From sequence record MW250786: a DNA stretch of 64,000 nt. The stretch is one strand, 5' to 3'. This DNA is from Escherichia phage UPEC06. The translations under genes were made by a program, and so were the position numbers. Positions within the stretch are counted from its first letter, which is position 1. Every line of letters begins with the position of its first letter. This document shows, piece after piece, positions 1 to 10,079 of this stretch. Below the pieces are notes generated by a model. That model did not search any database, was not told the DNA's origin, and worked only from the letters and a program-made list of their open reading frames with translations.

Positions 1-17
1 CTTGGAAATAACCTCAA

Positions 18-44
18 GGGAGCCTCGTGCTCCCTTTTCTTTTA
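18..44 (+). terminator. Rho-independent terminator closing an upstream + strand gene
   Basis: GGGAGC-ctcgt-GCTCCC hairpin followed by TTTTCTTTT; approx coords. Confidence 0.6.
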
Positions 45-102
45 ATTCTCTGGATATTATGATAAAATACGCTTATCGTCTAATTTTGGAGCAGGAGGAA
101 CA

Positions 103-1587
103 ATGGCGTCCAATTACGGTCTAACGGGTAGTGGATTTAACCTCCCGCCGATGGAAGACTTGATTCAGGAAACGAAGAAAACTTTCAAGAATGAATTTGG
201 TGAAGATTTCAATACCGAAAGTAACTCAGTTGCTGACAAACTCATTTCTATCTTTAACGAACGTGAATATCAACTCTGGTTGTTGATGGGTTCTGTTTAT
301 TACGCACAGACAATGCAAGGTGCAGAAGGTATTTACCTTGACGACCTTTTATCTAAGCGTGGTATTTATCGTAACGGGAAGACTCGAAGCACAGGTCAGG
401 TTCAGTTGACCATTGATTCCACTATCCCTTACAACATGATTTACTCTGCCTCTGCATACACCATCGACAACGATTATCGTCTATCTAACGATGTTCAGGT
501 TGCAGGAAACATTTTTGCTCAGGTCATCCGTGGTTCGGATCTTTCTGTCGGAAGTTACCGATTACAGATCCAGAACATCAATGATCAATCGATCAAGACC
601 ATGACATATCAATTGACAGCCACCACTGGTGCGCCTGTTATCGCATTCTTCTCTGCAATTAAAGATTTCATTGTGGAGAACACTATCCTGTCCAACCGTG
701 ATAAAATCATTATTGATTCCGTAGCCAACTCTATCCACATTGGGTATGATAGTAACAAGAACCTTATCGGCTTGTCAAGCAGAATCGATTTCCGTACTCA
801 ACCATTGGCAGGTACTAGAACTATCACAATGGATGTTAGAGCTACGGAGCCTGGTTTAACATCTCGTGATGCTTTCAGTGTTCGTGGAATAAGTCCGGTT
901 CCGGCGGGTTTCCTTGACTTGACGAACCTGATTGCATTCACCCCAGGGTCAGACGTAGAATCAGATAATGAATACCGTCTCCGTGCAATTGATGCAGTTA
1001 ACACAGGAAAGGCCACTCGTGCAGCGATCCTTTCTGCACTGCTGAACAAAGTTGAGGGTATAGAAAAGGTAAGGATCTTTGCAAACAATACCGACAAGAC
1101 TAACTCTGTTGGTGTACCTCCTTACTCCTTCATGCCTGTTGTTTACGGTGGTAACACTGCTGAAATCAGTCAGGTACTTTACGACACTATCGCGGGTTCC
1201 AACAATACGTCAGGGAGTACTTTCTACAATATCACCACTGAAGATGACCAAGTAGAAACAATCTGGCACACGAAGGCCCAAGCTCGTAACCTGAGTATGA
1301 GAATCAGCTATCGTGGAAGACCTCTTTCTGTTGTCGAAGAAACAACTATCTCAAATAGCTTGATTACTGCGATAAATGGGACTATTATAGCCGGAACTCT
1401 GTACAACGTTCAGTTGGTAGGTACAGTTATCAGTTCAACGGCATCATCTCGTTTCACTCAAGTTTTTGTTGAGATTAAGAACGTAGAAGAACCTGAGTCT
1501 TCCTATGTTGGAACAGATGTATCTGCCGATGTTACTGAAGTATTCGCCCTGTCCGCAGAGAATATTGAATTCCGTCAGATAGTTTAA
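103..1587 (+). CDS. putative baseplate protein (Baseplate-J/wedge-like)
   Basis: 494-aa ORF with GGAGG RBS, first of a same-strand structural block before fibre genes; family call from overall resemblance only. Confidence 0.45.
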   Translation: MASNYGLTGSGFNLPPMEDLIQETKKTFKNEFGEDFNTESNSVADKLISIFNEREYQLWLLMGSVYYAQTMQGAEGIYLDDLLSKRGIYRNGKTRSTGQVQLTIDSTIPYNMIYSASAYTIDNDYRLSNDVQVAGNIFAQVIRGSDLSVGSYRLQIQNINDQSIKTMTYQLTATTGAPVIAFFSAIKDFIVENTILSNRDKIIIDSVANSIHIGYDSNKNLIGLSSRIDFRTQPLAGTRTITMDVRATEPGLTSRDAFSVRGISPVPAGFLDLTNLIAFTPGSDVESDNEYRLRAIDAVNTGKATRAAILSALLNKVEGIEKVRIFANNTDKTNSVGVPPYSFMPVVYGGNTAEISQVLYDTIAGSNNTSGSTFYNITTEDDQVETIWHTKAQARNLSMRISYRGRPLSVVEETTISNSLITAINGTIIAGTLYNVQLVGTVISSTASSRFTQVFVEIKNVEEPESSYVGTDVSADVTEVFALSAENIEFRQIV

Positions 1588-1596
1588 GGAGAAAGA

Positions 1597-2238
1597 ATGG
1601 CAGAGGTTACAGAAAAGAAGGATGTTAACCACATCCATCCTCTGCCTGATTTCGTCAAAGGGGGTATTGATTATTTACCCCCTGAGGTCTTTGAGAATAA
1701 AGATAACATCCAAAAGGTCCTTGAGATCTTCTTGAAACGTCTTGAACTCATCGATCAGAAAGCTGTTGAACTGGCAGAGATGAGAACAATCATCAATGCA
1801 GAGGGCGACACTCTCGACGAGATAGGCAGACAAAATGGTATCTTCCGTAACGGATTGAATGACCCTGAGTACAGGGCTGTTATTATAATCCTTACAGGTA
1901 TCGGATCTAAAAGCGGAACAAGGTCTGAAATAATATCCACACTGAAGCAATTATTCGGCGAAGAGGGTGTGACTACCTACAAGGGTAGAAACTATCGTAT
2001 GGATATCAACATCTTCAACACCTGTGTGGAAGTTGAGCTTATTCTTGACCAAATACTTGATATGCTCCCTCTGGTGACTCACTTGCGAGTTGTGGAGAAT
2101 CAGGGATACCCGTTTGGATTTGAGGGTGACGAACAAGCATTTGGGTGGGCATCCGTCTACGACACTGATCGTACTGGCGCGGGTGGACTTGCAACTTTAG
2201 TTTATGTATCTGACGACGAAGACCCTTGGGGCTTTTAA
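1597..2238 (+). CDS. putative baseplate/tail-associated protein
   Basis: 213-aa ORF 10 nt after previous stop with AGGAG RBS; position between baseplate and fibre genes. Confidence 0.4.
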   Translation: MAEVTEKKDVNHIHPLPDFVKGGIDYLPPEVFENKDNIQKVLEIFLKRLELIDQKAVELAEMRTIINAEGDTLDEIGRQNGIFRNGLNDPEYRAVIIILTGIGSKSGTRSEIISTLKQLFGEEGVTTYKGRNYRMDINIFNTCVEVELILDQILDMLPLVTHLRVVENQGYPFGFEGDEQAFGWASVYDTDRTGAGGLATLVYVSDDEDPWGF

Positions 2239-2250
2239 TGGGAGAATTTA

Positions 2251-3885
2251 ATGGCTAGACCAACAACACCGATTGTTGTCTTTGCGGCACAAGATGTTAA
2301 CCTTCCTGGCACTGGAAGACCTAACAAATCAAAACCGATTGATGACCTTTTAGCGAAGGGCTATGACAAAGGACAAAAACCAGCGGCAGAGGAATTCAAC
2401 TATATTCTTCACCAATCTGGTGCTTGGCTTAACTGGATCGTAGAAGAGAAGTTCCCTGAAGTTGAAGAAGAATATAAGCGACTGATTCAGGAACTCGAAA
2501 CACGAGTAAACAATCAACTGGAAGTTATTCGTGAAGATGTTGCAAACGTAAGACAATCAGTTGCAACCTTGAGAACTTATGTAGAGCAAACTGTTGCAGA
2601 CATTCGTCGTGAGATCACTGCGGTTGATCAGCGTGTTACTCGTTTGTCTCAAGACTTGGATAATGCTGTTTCCAGATTAAACGCCCGTATTGATGAGCTT
2701 GAACCTCGTTTAGTTCCGATCGGTGCAATTCTTACTTGGGCAGGCCAAACACCTCCGGCGGGATTCTTGGAATGTAATGGACAGGTATACAGTACATCTC
2801 AAAACCCGAAACTTTATCAAGTCCTTGGTAGGAACGTAGTACCTGATTATCGTGGATTGTTCCTTCGTGGCTGGGCGCACGGATCTGGCGCTTACGATCC
2901 TGACTCTGGTCGTGCTTTGGGTTCTATTCAAGGTGATGCGATTCGAAACATTACTGGCGCGATGGGTTACGAAAGTATTCGTACTGACCACGGATATCGT
3001 GAGAGTGGTGCACTTTATACGCAATATAACTCAAACTCAGGTCCTGATCACGATCGTAAAAACCCAGCGGGTGATGTTCGATTTGATGCAAGCCGTGTTG
3101 TTCCGACTGCACCAGAAAACAGACCTAAGAACGTCGCAGTGATGTATATTATCAAGACTGATCAGGCACAAGGTACGGGAAGTCTGTCACCAACTGCACT
3201 TGTTACTACGCCGGACACTATTACAAACCGCGTAGGGTTTACTCAAGGGATTTCTGCTCAGGTTCTCCCTGCAAACTTGGCAAGTCAATACCCTGTGACG
3301 TGGACTTCTCAGAACGGTAATGTTGCAACAGTGGATAGTGCAGGTAACGTAAGATTAACTGGTCCAGGTGAAACTAACATTATCGCCTCTATCTCTACTG
3401 GTATCTCTGCCCAAGTTAAAATAGTTTCATATACACCACTGACAGCAATCAGTATCGGTAGCATACCTAGTGTAGAGGTTAATGATTCCGAGGTTATTCC
3501 TGTTAATAGAACACCTGCTAACTCTAACGAGCCTCTCGTGTATTCTACCAGTAATGCTAACGTCGCTGTTGTAACTCAAAGCGGTTACGTATCTGGTGTT
3601 TCTCCAGGTACAGCGGTAATAACAGTTCGTGGGTCTATCACAGGCATCCAAGCCACAAGACAGGTCACTGTAATTCCTGCAACGATTGTTCAGACCATAG
3701 AGGATGTTCGTTTAGGTCTTGAGCAACAGACGACAATGAATGGCGATGATTATACAAATCCTGTGCGTGCTCCGGCGGGTTGTGTTATTACTGGCGTTGT
3801 ATCAGCAGGTCTTGGGTTAAATCAAGGTTATTATAAACCGATCCAGAAGCGTATATCTGGCGTATGGGTAACGGTGGAGGGTTAA
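2251..3885 (+). CDS. tail fibre protein with phage tail-collar domain and C-terminal Ig-like (Big_2-type) repeats
   Basis: Motif LTWAGQTPPAGFLECNGQ...YQVLG...DYRGLFLRGW typical of tail-collar domain; N-terminal coiled-coil; C-terminal VTWTSQNGNVATVDSAGNV Ig-like repeats. Confidence 0.7.
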   Translation: MARPTTPIVVFAAQDVNLPGTGRPNKSKPIDDLLAKGYDKGQKPAAEEFNYILHQSGAWLNWIVEEKFPEVEEEYKRLIQELETRVNNQLEVIREDVANVRQSVATLRTYVEQTVADIRREITAVDQRVTRLSQDLDNAVSRLNARIDELEPRLVPIGAILTWAGQTPPAGFLECNGQVYSTSQNPKLYQVLGRNVVPDYRGLFLRGWAHGSGAYDPDSGRALGSIQGDAIRNITGAMGYESIRTDHGYRESGALYTQYNSNSGPDHDRKNPAGDVRFDASRVVPTAPENRPKNVAVMYIIKTDQAQGTGSLSPTALVTTPDTITNRVGFTQGISAQVLPANLASQYPVTWTSQNGNVATVDSAGNVRLTGPGETNIIASISTGISAQVKIVSYTPLTAISIGSIPSVEVNDSEVIPVNRTPANSNEPLVYSTSNANVAVVTQSGYVSGVSPGTAVITVRGSITGIQATRQVTVIPATIVQTIEDVRLGLEQQTTMNGDDYTNPVRAPAGCVITGVVSAGLGLNQGYYKPIQKRISGVWVTVEG

Positions 3886-3887
3886 TT

Positions 3888-4400
3888 ATGAGAATGAATA
3901 ACTTCAAGCTTTATACACCGGAAGTTAAATCTTTCGGAGAAGGAGTTCAGTATTTTCAGGATGATAAGGGTCGTGATTTCTACGACTCTCGTGCACTATT
4001 CAAAAAGAAATATGTTGTTTTCTTTGATGAGCATAATATTGTCCGTGGCTGGGCAAAGAGTGAAGAAGTTACCCGTCTTCACCCAGGTGGTTTATCTGTT
4101 GTGGATCTTAATACCCTCCCTAAAGATTTTTCTTTGCAAGGTGGTGTTTGGTCATTCAACGGAAAACAGGTAGTTAAGGCAGACTATGATCCTGCTTTTA
4201 GCACCGCTGCAAGAAAGGCTGGCATTCTGCAAGTGATCGGTTCTGTTATCGTTCCGCTTCAGGATGCTGTTGAATTGGGAGATGCTACAGATGATGAGCT
4301 TGAGAAGTATAACGATCTTCGTAAGATGAGAGTTAAAGTCATGCGTATCCCTGATAGCACCTCCCCTGGTGATATCGACTGGTCAGAGTTCACCTTTTAA
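3888..4400 (+). CDS. tail fibre assembly chaperone (Tfa-like)
   Basis: Resembles Tfa/P2 gpG N-region (FDEHNIVRGWAKSEEVTRLHPGGLSVVDL); start moved to ATG 3888 with GGTGGAGGG RBS, track start 3864 overlaps upstream gene. Confidence 0.6.
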   Translation: MRMNNFKLYTPEVKSFGEGVQYFQDDKGRDFYDSRALFKKKYVVFFDEHNIVRGWAKSEEVTRLHPGGLSVVDLNTLPKDFSLQGGVWSFNGKQVVKADYDPAFSTAARKAGILQVIGSVIVPLQDAVELGDATDDELEKYNDLRKMRVKVMRIPDSTSPGDIDWSEFTF

Positions 4401-4410
4401 CCTTAGATGA

Positions 4411-4428
4411 GTCGGGCTTCGGCCCGAC
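4411..4428 (+). other. GC-rich hairpin after fibre chaperone gene, no U-tract
   Basis: GTCGGGC-ttc-GGCCCGAC perfect stem directly after stop at 4400. Confidence 0.4.
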
Positions 4429-4439
4429 TATGGAGACTT

Positions 4440-4772
4440 ATGATTGTTGATATAATGGCAGTTCTTAAAGCACTTTGGGGTCTTTTAACATTTATTTTGC
4501 TGGGTGCACTAAAGATCTTTTACACCGACTTTAAAAAATTAGAGTCACGTCAAAGCGAGCTTGAAAAAGATGTTCTTCGTTTGAAGGAATCTGCGGTTAC
4601 TAAGGATAGTATCGATGCCATTCTTGACCGTAAGATAAAACATATCACTGATACGATCCAGGATATTAGGACCGATATCACAGATATGCGAAAGGAAGCA
4701 AAAGAAGAAAACCACGCTCTACAGAAGGATATTCGAGAATTACTAAACAAAATTATTGAGAACCGCAAATGA
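4440..4772 (+). CDS. membrane-anchored coiled-coil protein
   Basis: N-terminal hydrophobic helix then charged heptad-like region; start set to ATG 4440 with GGAGA RBS (track start 4407 lies in hairpin). Confidence 0.5.
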   Translation: MIVDIMAVLKALWGLLTFILLGALKIFYTDFKKLESRQSELEKDVLRLKESAVTKDSIDAILDRKIKHITDTIQDIRTDITDMRKEAKEENHALQKDIRELLNKIIENRK

Positions 4773-5227
4773 TTACAGCCATAATATATGGCATTTGTTT
4801 CGTAATCCTTGCTACTCGAAAAGAGAGTGGAACAAAGATAATGGCTGGGCTTTGCCTAGCCTATCTCGTATTGGAGAACCTGATCCTTTGGTTCTTCTCT
4901 ACGCAACAATATTTCGACATCACTCTTTATTTTAATGTTCTCTGGACATTGGATTCGATACTGCTTTTCACTATGGGTTGTACAGTGAAAGGATTACGAC
5001 AAAAACTTATCGTATGCCTAAGTATTCCGTTCATGCTTATTCAAGTGTTTGCAATCCAATATCCAGAATTGTTCCCCTTATGGGTTTACGAATTCGCTCT
5101 TAGAGACGCTCACAAATATTTCATAGAAACCTTTGTGTTCGTTTATTCTTGGAAGGATAATACCGTACCGGAATGGATAAGGACAGCAGTGGTGATATTT
5201 CTGGTGCTCATTGCCCATATGGTATGA
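4769..5227 (+). CDS. multi-pass membrane protein
   Basis: 152 aa with 4-5 hydrophobic segments; ATGA overlap with upstream stop. Confidence 0.5.
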   Translation: MITAIIYGICFVILATRKESGTKIMAGLCLAYLVLENLILWFFSTQQYFDITLYFNVLWTLDSILLFTMGCTVKGLRQKLIVCLSIPFMLIQVFAIQYPELFPLWVYEFALRDAHKYFIETFVFVYSWKDNTVPEWIRTAVVIFLVLIAHMV

Positions 5228-5249
5228 ACATTGATAATGAAGGTGATCT

Positions 5250-5510
5250 ATGTTAAAATTTCTCAAAGACCTCGTTACCTCTGCGGTGGAACCAGATAAA
5301 GCTTCCCATACAAAGTTTTGGTCTAACGTAGGTATGGCTGCTATGACTGCCGTCTTTCTATGGTATGGATTCAACAATACATTGCCTGAATGGTATGTGT
5401 GGCTTTATGCTCCTACGGTAGTGGCTCCACACCTTTTGAGTGATCTCATTAACCTCCGCTGGGGATTATCTTTGAAAAAAGATAAAGGCCCTTCTGACGA
5501 AAACAAGTAA
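5250..5510 (+). CDS. small membrane protein (holin-like topology)
   Basis: 86 aa, two hydrophobic segments, charged C-terminus, RBS-like sequence upstream. Confidence 0.45.
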   Translation: MLKFLKDLVTSAVEPDKASHTKFWSNVGMAAMTAVFLWYGFNNTLPEWYVWLYAPTVVAPHLLSDLINLRWGLSLKKDKGPSDENK

Positions 5511-5522
5511 GAGGAGAAAACT

Positions 5523-8500
5523 GTGTCGTCTAATACTGATATATTGGCACTGGTAAGTACCGAAGCAGATCTTGCTGTTGACCAGATCATTGAAGACTCT
5601 CGAAGACTTCATTTGATCGTCAACGGAACTGCAACAGAACAAGCTGTTACAGAAGATGGTAGCTTAATCCCTAGTGTACGTAAAGCGATAATTGATAACT
5701 TTTATTTTAAAACTCCACCGTTACCGTGGAGAAATGGAAGTTCAGTTATTGAATTCAATCAGTTATATGCATTTACCGATGTAAATGGCAACGTAACTTG
5801 GTGGTATGCCCCAGGTGCAACTACCAGCACTCCTGTCGTTATGCGAGACAGTCCAATCAACGACGGTAAGTTCAGACCTTTCTTCGATAAAGGTAACATT
5901 CAAGAAACTTACGCCCCTATCCTTTCCCCTGTTTTTCGTGGAAACCCTACTGTACCTCTTGCTGCTGAAGGTGATAACTCATTTACTATCGCGAACACAG
6001 CTTGGGTTAGTCGAGAAATAGAAAAAGTACGTGGTGAGGTTCTTGAAGAGTCCAGAGGTGAATTCCAAAACATTATCGTTGCAGATGATGCGAGTCTGAA
6101 AGATCTCTATGTAAGTGGAGAAACCATCTTCACTGGCGACAGGATCGCTGCTCTTGATGCCGAGTTATCTTTAAAAAGATTACGAATGACAGGGACAGAC
6201 GCAGAAATCGCATTTGAACAAAATGGCGTTCCACCCCAGGCAGGGTTAACAAAAAGAACAAATATCAAGCCTTTCCAAGTCACCACTGGTGTTGTTGATA
6301 CCGATAATATAACTGCGAGAGAGATCAAGGTTGGAAATACCTCTGTTTCCACGAATTCTCTTGATGTTGATGGATTCATGCAAGGTGACTATCTTCACTT
6401 AGAGGGTAATGCCAATAACGCAGAAGACCGCCCACAACTGATCGTTGACGGTATTGCGGAAATAAATACTCTTCGTGTGACGAACACCATTGAAGGATTG
6501 AAGGCTGACGTTGAAGGTCTGGATATTAATCCTAACAGCATTGTGGTTGAAAGAACTGCGGAGATTAAGGGAAATACAACCCTTGGTGCAGATCTTGCCG
6601 TTACTGGCAATACGGTATTGAAAAATGTAAGAATCGAAGGTACTCTCACGGGTGCTGGAATCGGTGTTGACGGGAAAGACATTTCCCCTCGTAATGTGAG
6701 TGCAACATCCGTTACTGTGGCAGAGAGCTTAAACATTACTGGACCTACTACGGCTTCCGGCGACGTTACGGTAAACAACCTGACGGTTAATGGAACACTC
6801 AGGGCCGATATCGACTTTGGAACTGCTGCTGTTGAATTCCAAGATCTGACTGTGACTAACAAGGCAACGATCAAGGATCTTGAAATCACCGGAAACCTGA
6901 CGGGAGTTACAGTCTCTGTTGATGGTGAAGCAATCTCCCCTTCTTCGGTGACAACCACAGGAAACATCGATGTTGGTAACAACATGCGTGTTCGTGGTGA
7001 TATTACTCTGGACGGTGAGTTAAGTATCCCAAGCTTAGATACTGGGGACATAACGGCTGCTGCAATTGATGGTGCGAGCCTCTCAGTTAGTGGCGACATT
7101 ACCGCAGGAACAACTTCGACCACAACGGTTAACAATCTTGTAGTCACAGGAACCACTACAGGAATCACTGTAACGGGCAATGTTGACGGACAAGACATTC
7201 TCCCATCCTCTGTAGAAACAACGTCTGTAGTGGCCTCTGAGAGAGTTACAACGGCAAACCTGACATCTACAGGTGACACTCAGGTAAATAACCTGACAAT
7301 TACTGGAACTGTAACAGGATTCGATGTAGATCTTACCGGAAAGGACATTCAGGTTAATACCTTGACGGTTACTCGCGGGTCAACTTTTGACGAGGTTACT
7401 GCTAATAACATAACCAACAATCAAAAGATTACCACAGTAGACCTTCAGGTTACTGGAAACCTGACGAATGCAGACGGTGAACAATTCTTTGCAAACGTCA
7501 CTGGTCAAGATATACTTCCTAATAGTGTGCAGTCTGCAACGTCTGTGAGAACTAAAACGCTACGTGTCGAAGAGACTAGCCTATTGGAAGGTGCTGTTAC
7601 CTTAAATGATGGTTTGACTATCACTGGTGGTAATATCACATCTGTTCAAGGTCAAGCAAGCTTCAATGACGTACAGGTATTTGGATCTCTTCTGGACGCG
7701 AATGGTAATGCCTTAGGGACAGCGGAAAGCATAAACGGTAAAGATATCTCTCCTCGTAGCGTTACTGCTCAAGTTGAGATTCAGACTACTGCAATTGTTG
7801 CTACAGGTCAAGCTGAAGTTGGTTCTTTGATTTCAACTGGACAAGTAATGGCAGGAAGCTTAGAGGTTTCAGGGATAGGTAATATTGGTCAGGTTATTAC
7901 CGACGACGTTCGTGCTGGAAAGGTAACTTCTGGTAACACCGTTATTACTCGTACTGTTGGATCTAGCGATCCTGCTCTTGAAGTTCGTGGACCAGGTGAG
8001 ATTCAGGGTGACCTTAATGTAACCGGAACTGTAACTGGTAACATTGACCTTAGCTCTCAAGACGTTAACGTTGCTTCAATGACCTCAACGGGAACAGTAA
8101 ATGCCCTTTCCATTGAGTCTCGTACATCGGTAACTGGATTGTCTGGTACATTCGGTGAAGATTATGAAGGTGCACCTACCTATGGTATAACTTCTCTTTC
8201 CGGCGCAAACATCAACAAGAACCTTCGAGTTGGTGGAAACCTGACTGTTGTTGGTAACATCTCTGGCAATATCGACTTATCTGGAAAGGCGATCGAGCCT
8301 GCATCTTTGTCTACCACGACAGCTACGTTAACGACGGCGAACATAACAGACCTGACTGTAACTGGTCAGTTTAATATCCCGACTGTACCGTTAAATGTTC
8401 AATCCCTTAGTTCTGAAAACGCTATTTCCGCAAGCAAGTTCAGCACCACACCAAAAGAAGTAAGCACCACCTCTTCTTCTTACATCCCAGACGGCTCAAC

Positions 8501-8756
8501 GAGCATATATAACGTAAACGTTATAAATGATGTTGAAGTGAAAGCGCCGATTGGCCTGTTGAGTTCAGGAAAAGGTGAGTCGGTATTCCTCTTCTTTGAA
8601 CAGGATGGTACTGGTGGACATGCGGTAACATTCGGATCGGAGTTTGTTGTGCATGGTACTGAAACCATCAAAACAGATGCAAACACTGTATCGGTAGTTA
8701 ACATGGTTTATCGTGGCAAAGGCCCATTGATTGACGTATTCATCACTCGTCGCTAA
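5523..8756 (+). CDS. long tail fibre protein with internal periodic repeats
   Basis: 1077 aa, GTG start after GAGGAG; many recurrences of GxDISPxSV...TGN.T.. units; Ser/Thr/Gly/Val/Asn-rich fibre-like composition; terminator follows. Confidence 0.75.
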   Translation: MSSNTDILALVSTEADLAVDQIIEDSRRLHLIVNGTATEQAVTEDGSLIPSVRKAIIDNFYFKTPPLPWRNGSSVIEFNQLYAFTDVNGNVTWWYAPGATTSTPVVMRDSPINDGKFRPFFDKGNIQETYAPILSPVFRGNPTVPLAAEGDNSFTIANTAWVSREIEKVRGEVLEESRGEFQNIIVADDASLKDLYVSGETIFTGDRIAALDAELSLKRLRMTGTDAEIAFEQNGVPPQAGLTKRTNIKPFQVTTGVVDTDNITAREIKVGNTSVSTNSLDVDGFMQGDYLHLEGNANNAEDRPQLIVDGIAEINTLRVTNTIEGLKADVEGLDINPNSIVVERTAEIKGNTTLGADLAVTGNTVLKNVRIEGTLTGAGIGVDGKDISPRNVSATSVTVAESLNITGPTTASGDVTVNNLTVNGTLRADIDFGTAAVEFQDLTVTNKATIKDLEITGNLTGVTVSVDGEAISPSSVTTTGNIDVGNNMRVRGDITLDGELSIPSLDTGDITAAAIDGASLSVSGDITAGTTSTTTVNNLVVTGTTTGITVTGNVDGQDILPSSVETTSVVASERVTTANLTSTGDTQVNNLTITGTVTGFDVDLTGKDIQVNTLTVTRGSTFDEVTANNITNNQKITTVDLQVTGNLTNADGEQFFANVTGQDILPNSVQSATSVRTKTLRVEETSLLEGAVTLNDGLTITGGNITSVQGQASFNDVQVFGSLLDANGNALGTAESINGKDISPRSVTAQVEIQTTAIVATGQAEVGSLISTGQVMAGSLEVSGIGNIGQVITDDVRAGKVTSGNTVITRTVGSSDPALEVRGPGEIQGDLNVTGTVTGNIDLSSQDVNVASMTSTGTVNALSIESRTSVTGLSGTFGEDYEGAPTYGITSLSGANINKNLRVGGNLTVVGNISGNIDLSGKAIEPASLSTTTATLTTANITDLTVTGQFNIPTVPLNVQSLSSENAISASKFSTTPKEVSTTSSSYIPDGSTSIYNVNVINDVEVKAPIGLLSSGKGESVFLFFEQDGTGGHAVTFGSEFVVHGTETIKTDANTVSVVNMVYRGKGPLIDVFITRR

Positions 8757-8758
8757 TA

Positions 8759-8785
8759 GAGGCCCTTCGGGGCCTTTTCTTTTTA
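8759..8785 (+). terminator. Rho-independent terminator after long fibre gene
   Basis: AGGCCC-ttcg-GGGCCT hairpin plus TTTTCTTTTT. Confidence 0.7.
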
Positions 8786-8795
8786 GGAGGACAAC

Positions 8796-10031
8796 ATGAT
8801 CCCTTTTCCAATTATTAATTTCGGTGGCAGTGTTCCACTACCTGTAGGCGTTACAATCAAGTATGCAGTAAGTACCAGCACCGGAAATATTTTTATTCTG
8901 CTTACCAATGGGCATCTATATGTAACTGGATCTAATTATCTAAACGGACTTGGTAAAACAGGGACCACAAATAATGCAACTTCGGGATGGTCACTTACTA
9001 ACACAGGTGTTGAAGAAGTTTATGAGGCAGGAACAGAAAGTACACTGTACGGCGGTGTGTGGGTTAAGAAAAATAATAACCACTATGAATATATCTCTGC
9101 TGTAATCTTCCCCACTGTTGACACAACTCTCCAAAACAGTTGGAACGTCTTGCCTGAATCTGCATACATTGTCGATGGCGTAAATATCTTATCTTCCGCA
9201 ATACAAATAGCCAGATCATACGCGATCCAGCCCGACGGCACTGTTTACAGACTTCTTCCAGAGGGACCTCAAGTAGCTTGGCCTGAGAAAACAAAATACC
9301 TGTATTTTGCAAACTATAATGCTATTCGTGTCGAGGTTGACGGAACTTTAAAATACCGAGGCGACAATGGTATAGATCAAGTGGCAGGCACTTCTGCCGG
9401 AACAACATTATCAACTTGGACAACCATCGGGGATTCTTCTGTAAGGTATATTAGGGCAAAATGTGCTCGTGGTCAAGTGGCTAACACGAGTGGCGGTTCA
9501 GGTGCTCAATCTATTGTACTTGTTGTTGCACAGAGGGAAGATGGGTCATGGGATGCAGTTGGATCGGCAGCAAGAGCAGGGATAAACTCAACCAACGTCC
9601 TCGGTCCTAATTTAGCACCTATGACAAGCATTCCTGCTGGAGTTGAAGTTTACCTAACTAACCAGATCAGTTATACAAACGCAAGTGTGAGCACTAGGGC
9701 AGCACTGCAAGTATTCATCTCTGACAGGGTTAATGGAGTTTATCAATCGACAGGTGGACAAGGTGGATACACATACTCCTTATTTAGAGATCTTCCTATA
9801 ACCACCAACGCAACATCTTTTGAAAGCATACATCAAGATATTATAGATGATGGCGGCATTCTCCATATGACTGGCTCATTGGCTGACACTTTCAAAGTGA
9901 TTGTTAGTGGTAATGGTAATCTTTACTGGACAGGGAGAGGTTACACAGGGGCTATGTACCCTGCTGACTTTACGGCCTCTAATACGATAGCTCAGAAGTT
10001 TAACTTGGAAGGTATAGTTATTCCAGCATAA
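8796..10031 (+). CDS. putative distal tail fibre / receptor-binding protein
   Basis: 411 aa, strong RBS AGGAGG, immediately after long fibre gene; no recognisable motif. Confidence 0.4.
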   Translation: MIPFPIINFGGSVPLPVGVTIKYAVSTSTGNIFILLTNGHLYVTGSNYLNGLGKTGTTNNATSGWSLTNTGVEEVYEAGTESTLYGGVWVKKNNNHYEYISAVIFPTVDTTLQNSWNVLPESAYIVDGVNILSSAIQIARSYAIQPDGTVYRLLPEGPQVAWPEKTKYLYFANYNAIRVEVDGTLKYRGDNGIDQVAGTSAGTTLSTWTTIGDSSVRYIRAKCARGQVANTSGGSGAQSIVLVVAQREDGSWDAVGSAARAGINSTNVLGPNLAPMTSIPAGVEVYLTNQISYTNASVSTRAALQVFISDRVNGVYQSTGGQGGYTYSLFRDLPITTNATSFESIHQDIIDDGGILHMTGSLADTFKVIVSGNGNLYWTGRGYTGAMYPADFTASNTIAQKFNLEGIVIPA

Positions 10032-10066
10032 AGAAAAGGCGCTCAAATGAGCGCCTTTATTTTTAT
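10032..10066. terminator. bidirectional terminator at convergent strand switch
   Basis: AAAGGCGCTC-aaat-GAGCGCCTTT hairpin flanked by A-run and T-run, between + gene ending 10031 and - gene ending 10080. Confidence 0.7.
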
Positions 10067-10079
10067 CTAAATTTTACGA

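Noticed and set aside
3864-3887. Upstream extension of the Tfa-like gene (track start 3864)
   Set aside because: It would overlap the upstream fibre gene by 22 nt with no RBS; ATG 3888 has a GGTGGAGGG RBS and starts right after the upstream stop.
6395-7279. 294-aa antisense ORF, and other - strand ORFs, inside the long tail fibre gene
   Set aside because: It lies entirely within the 1077-aa fibre CDS on the opposite strand, has no RBS, and its low-complexity Thr/Val/Ser/Pro composition is what the reverse strand of the repetitive fibre gene would give.
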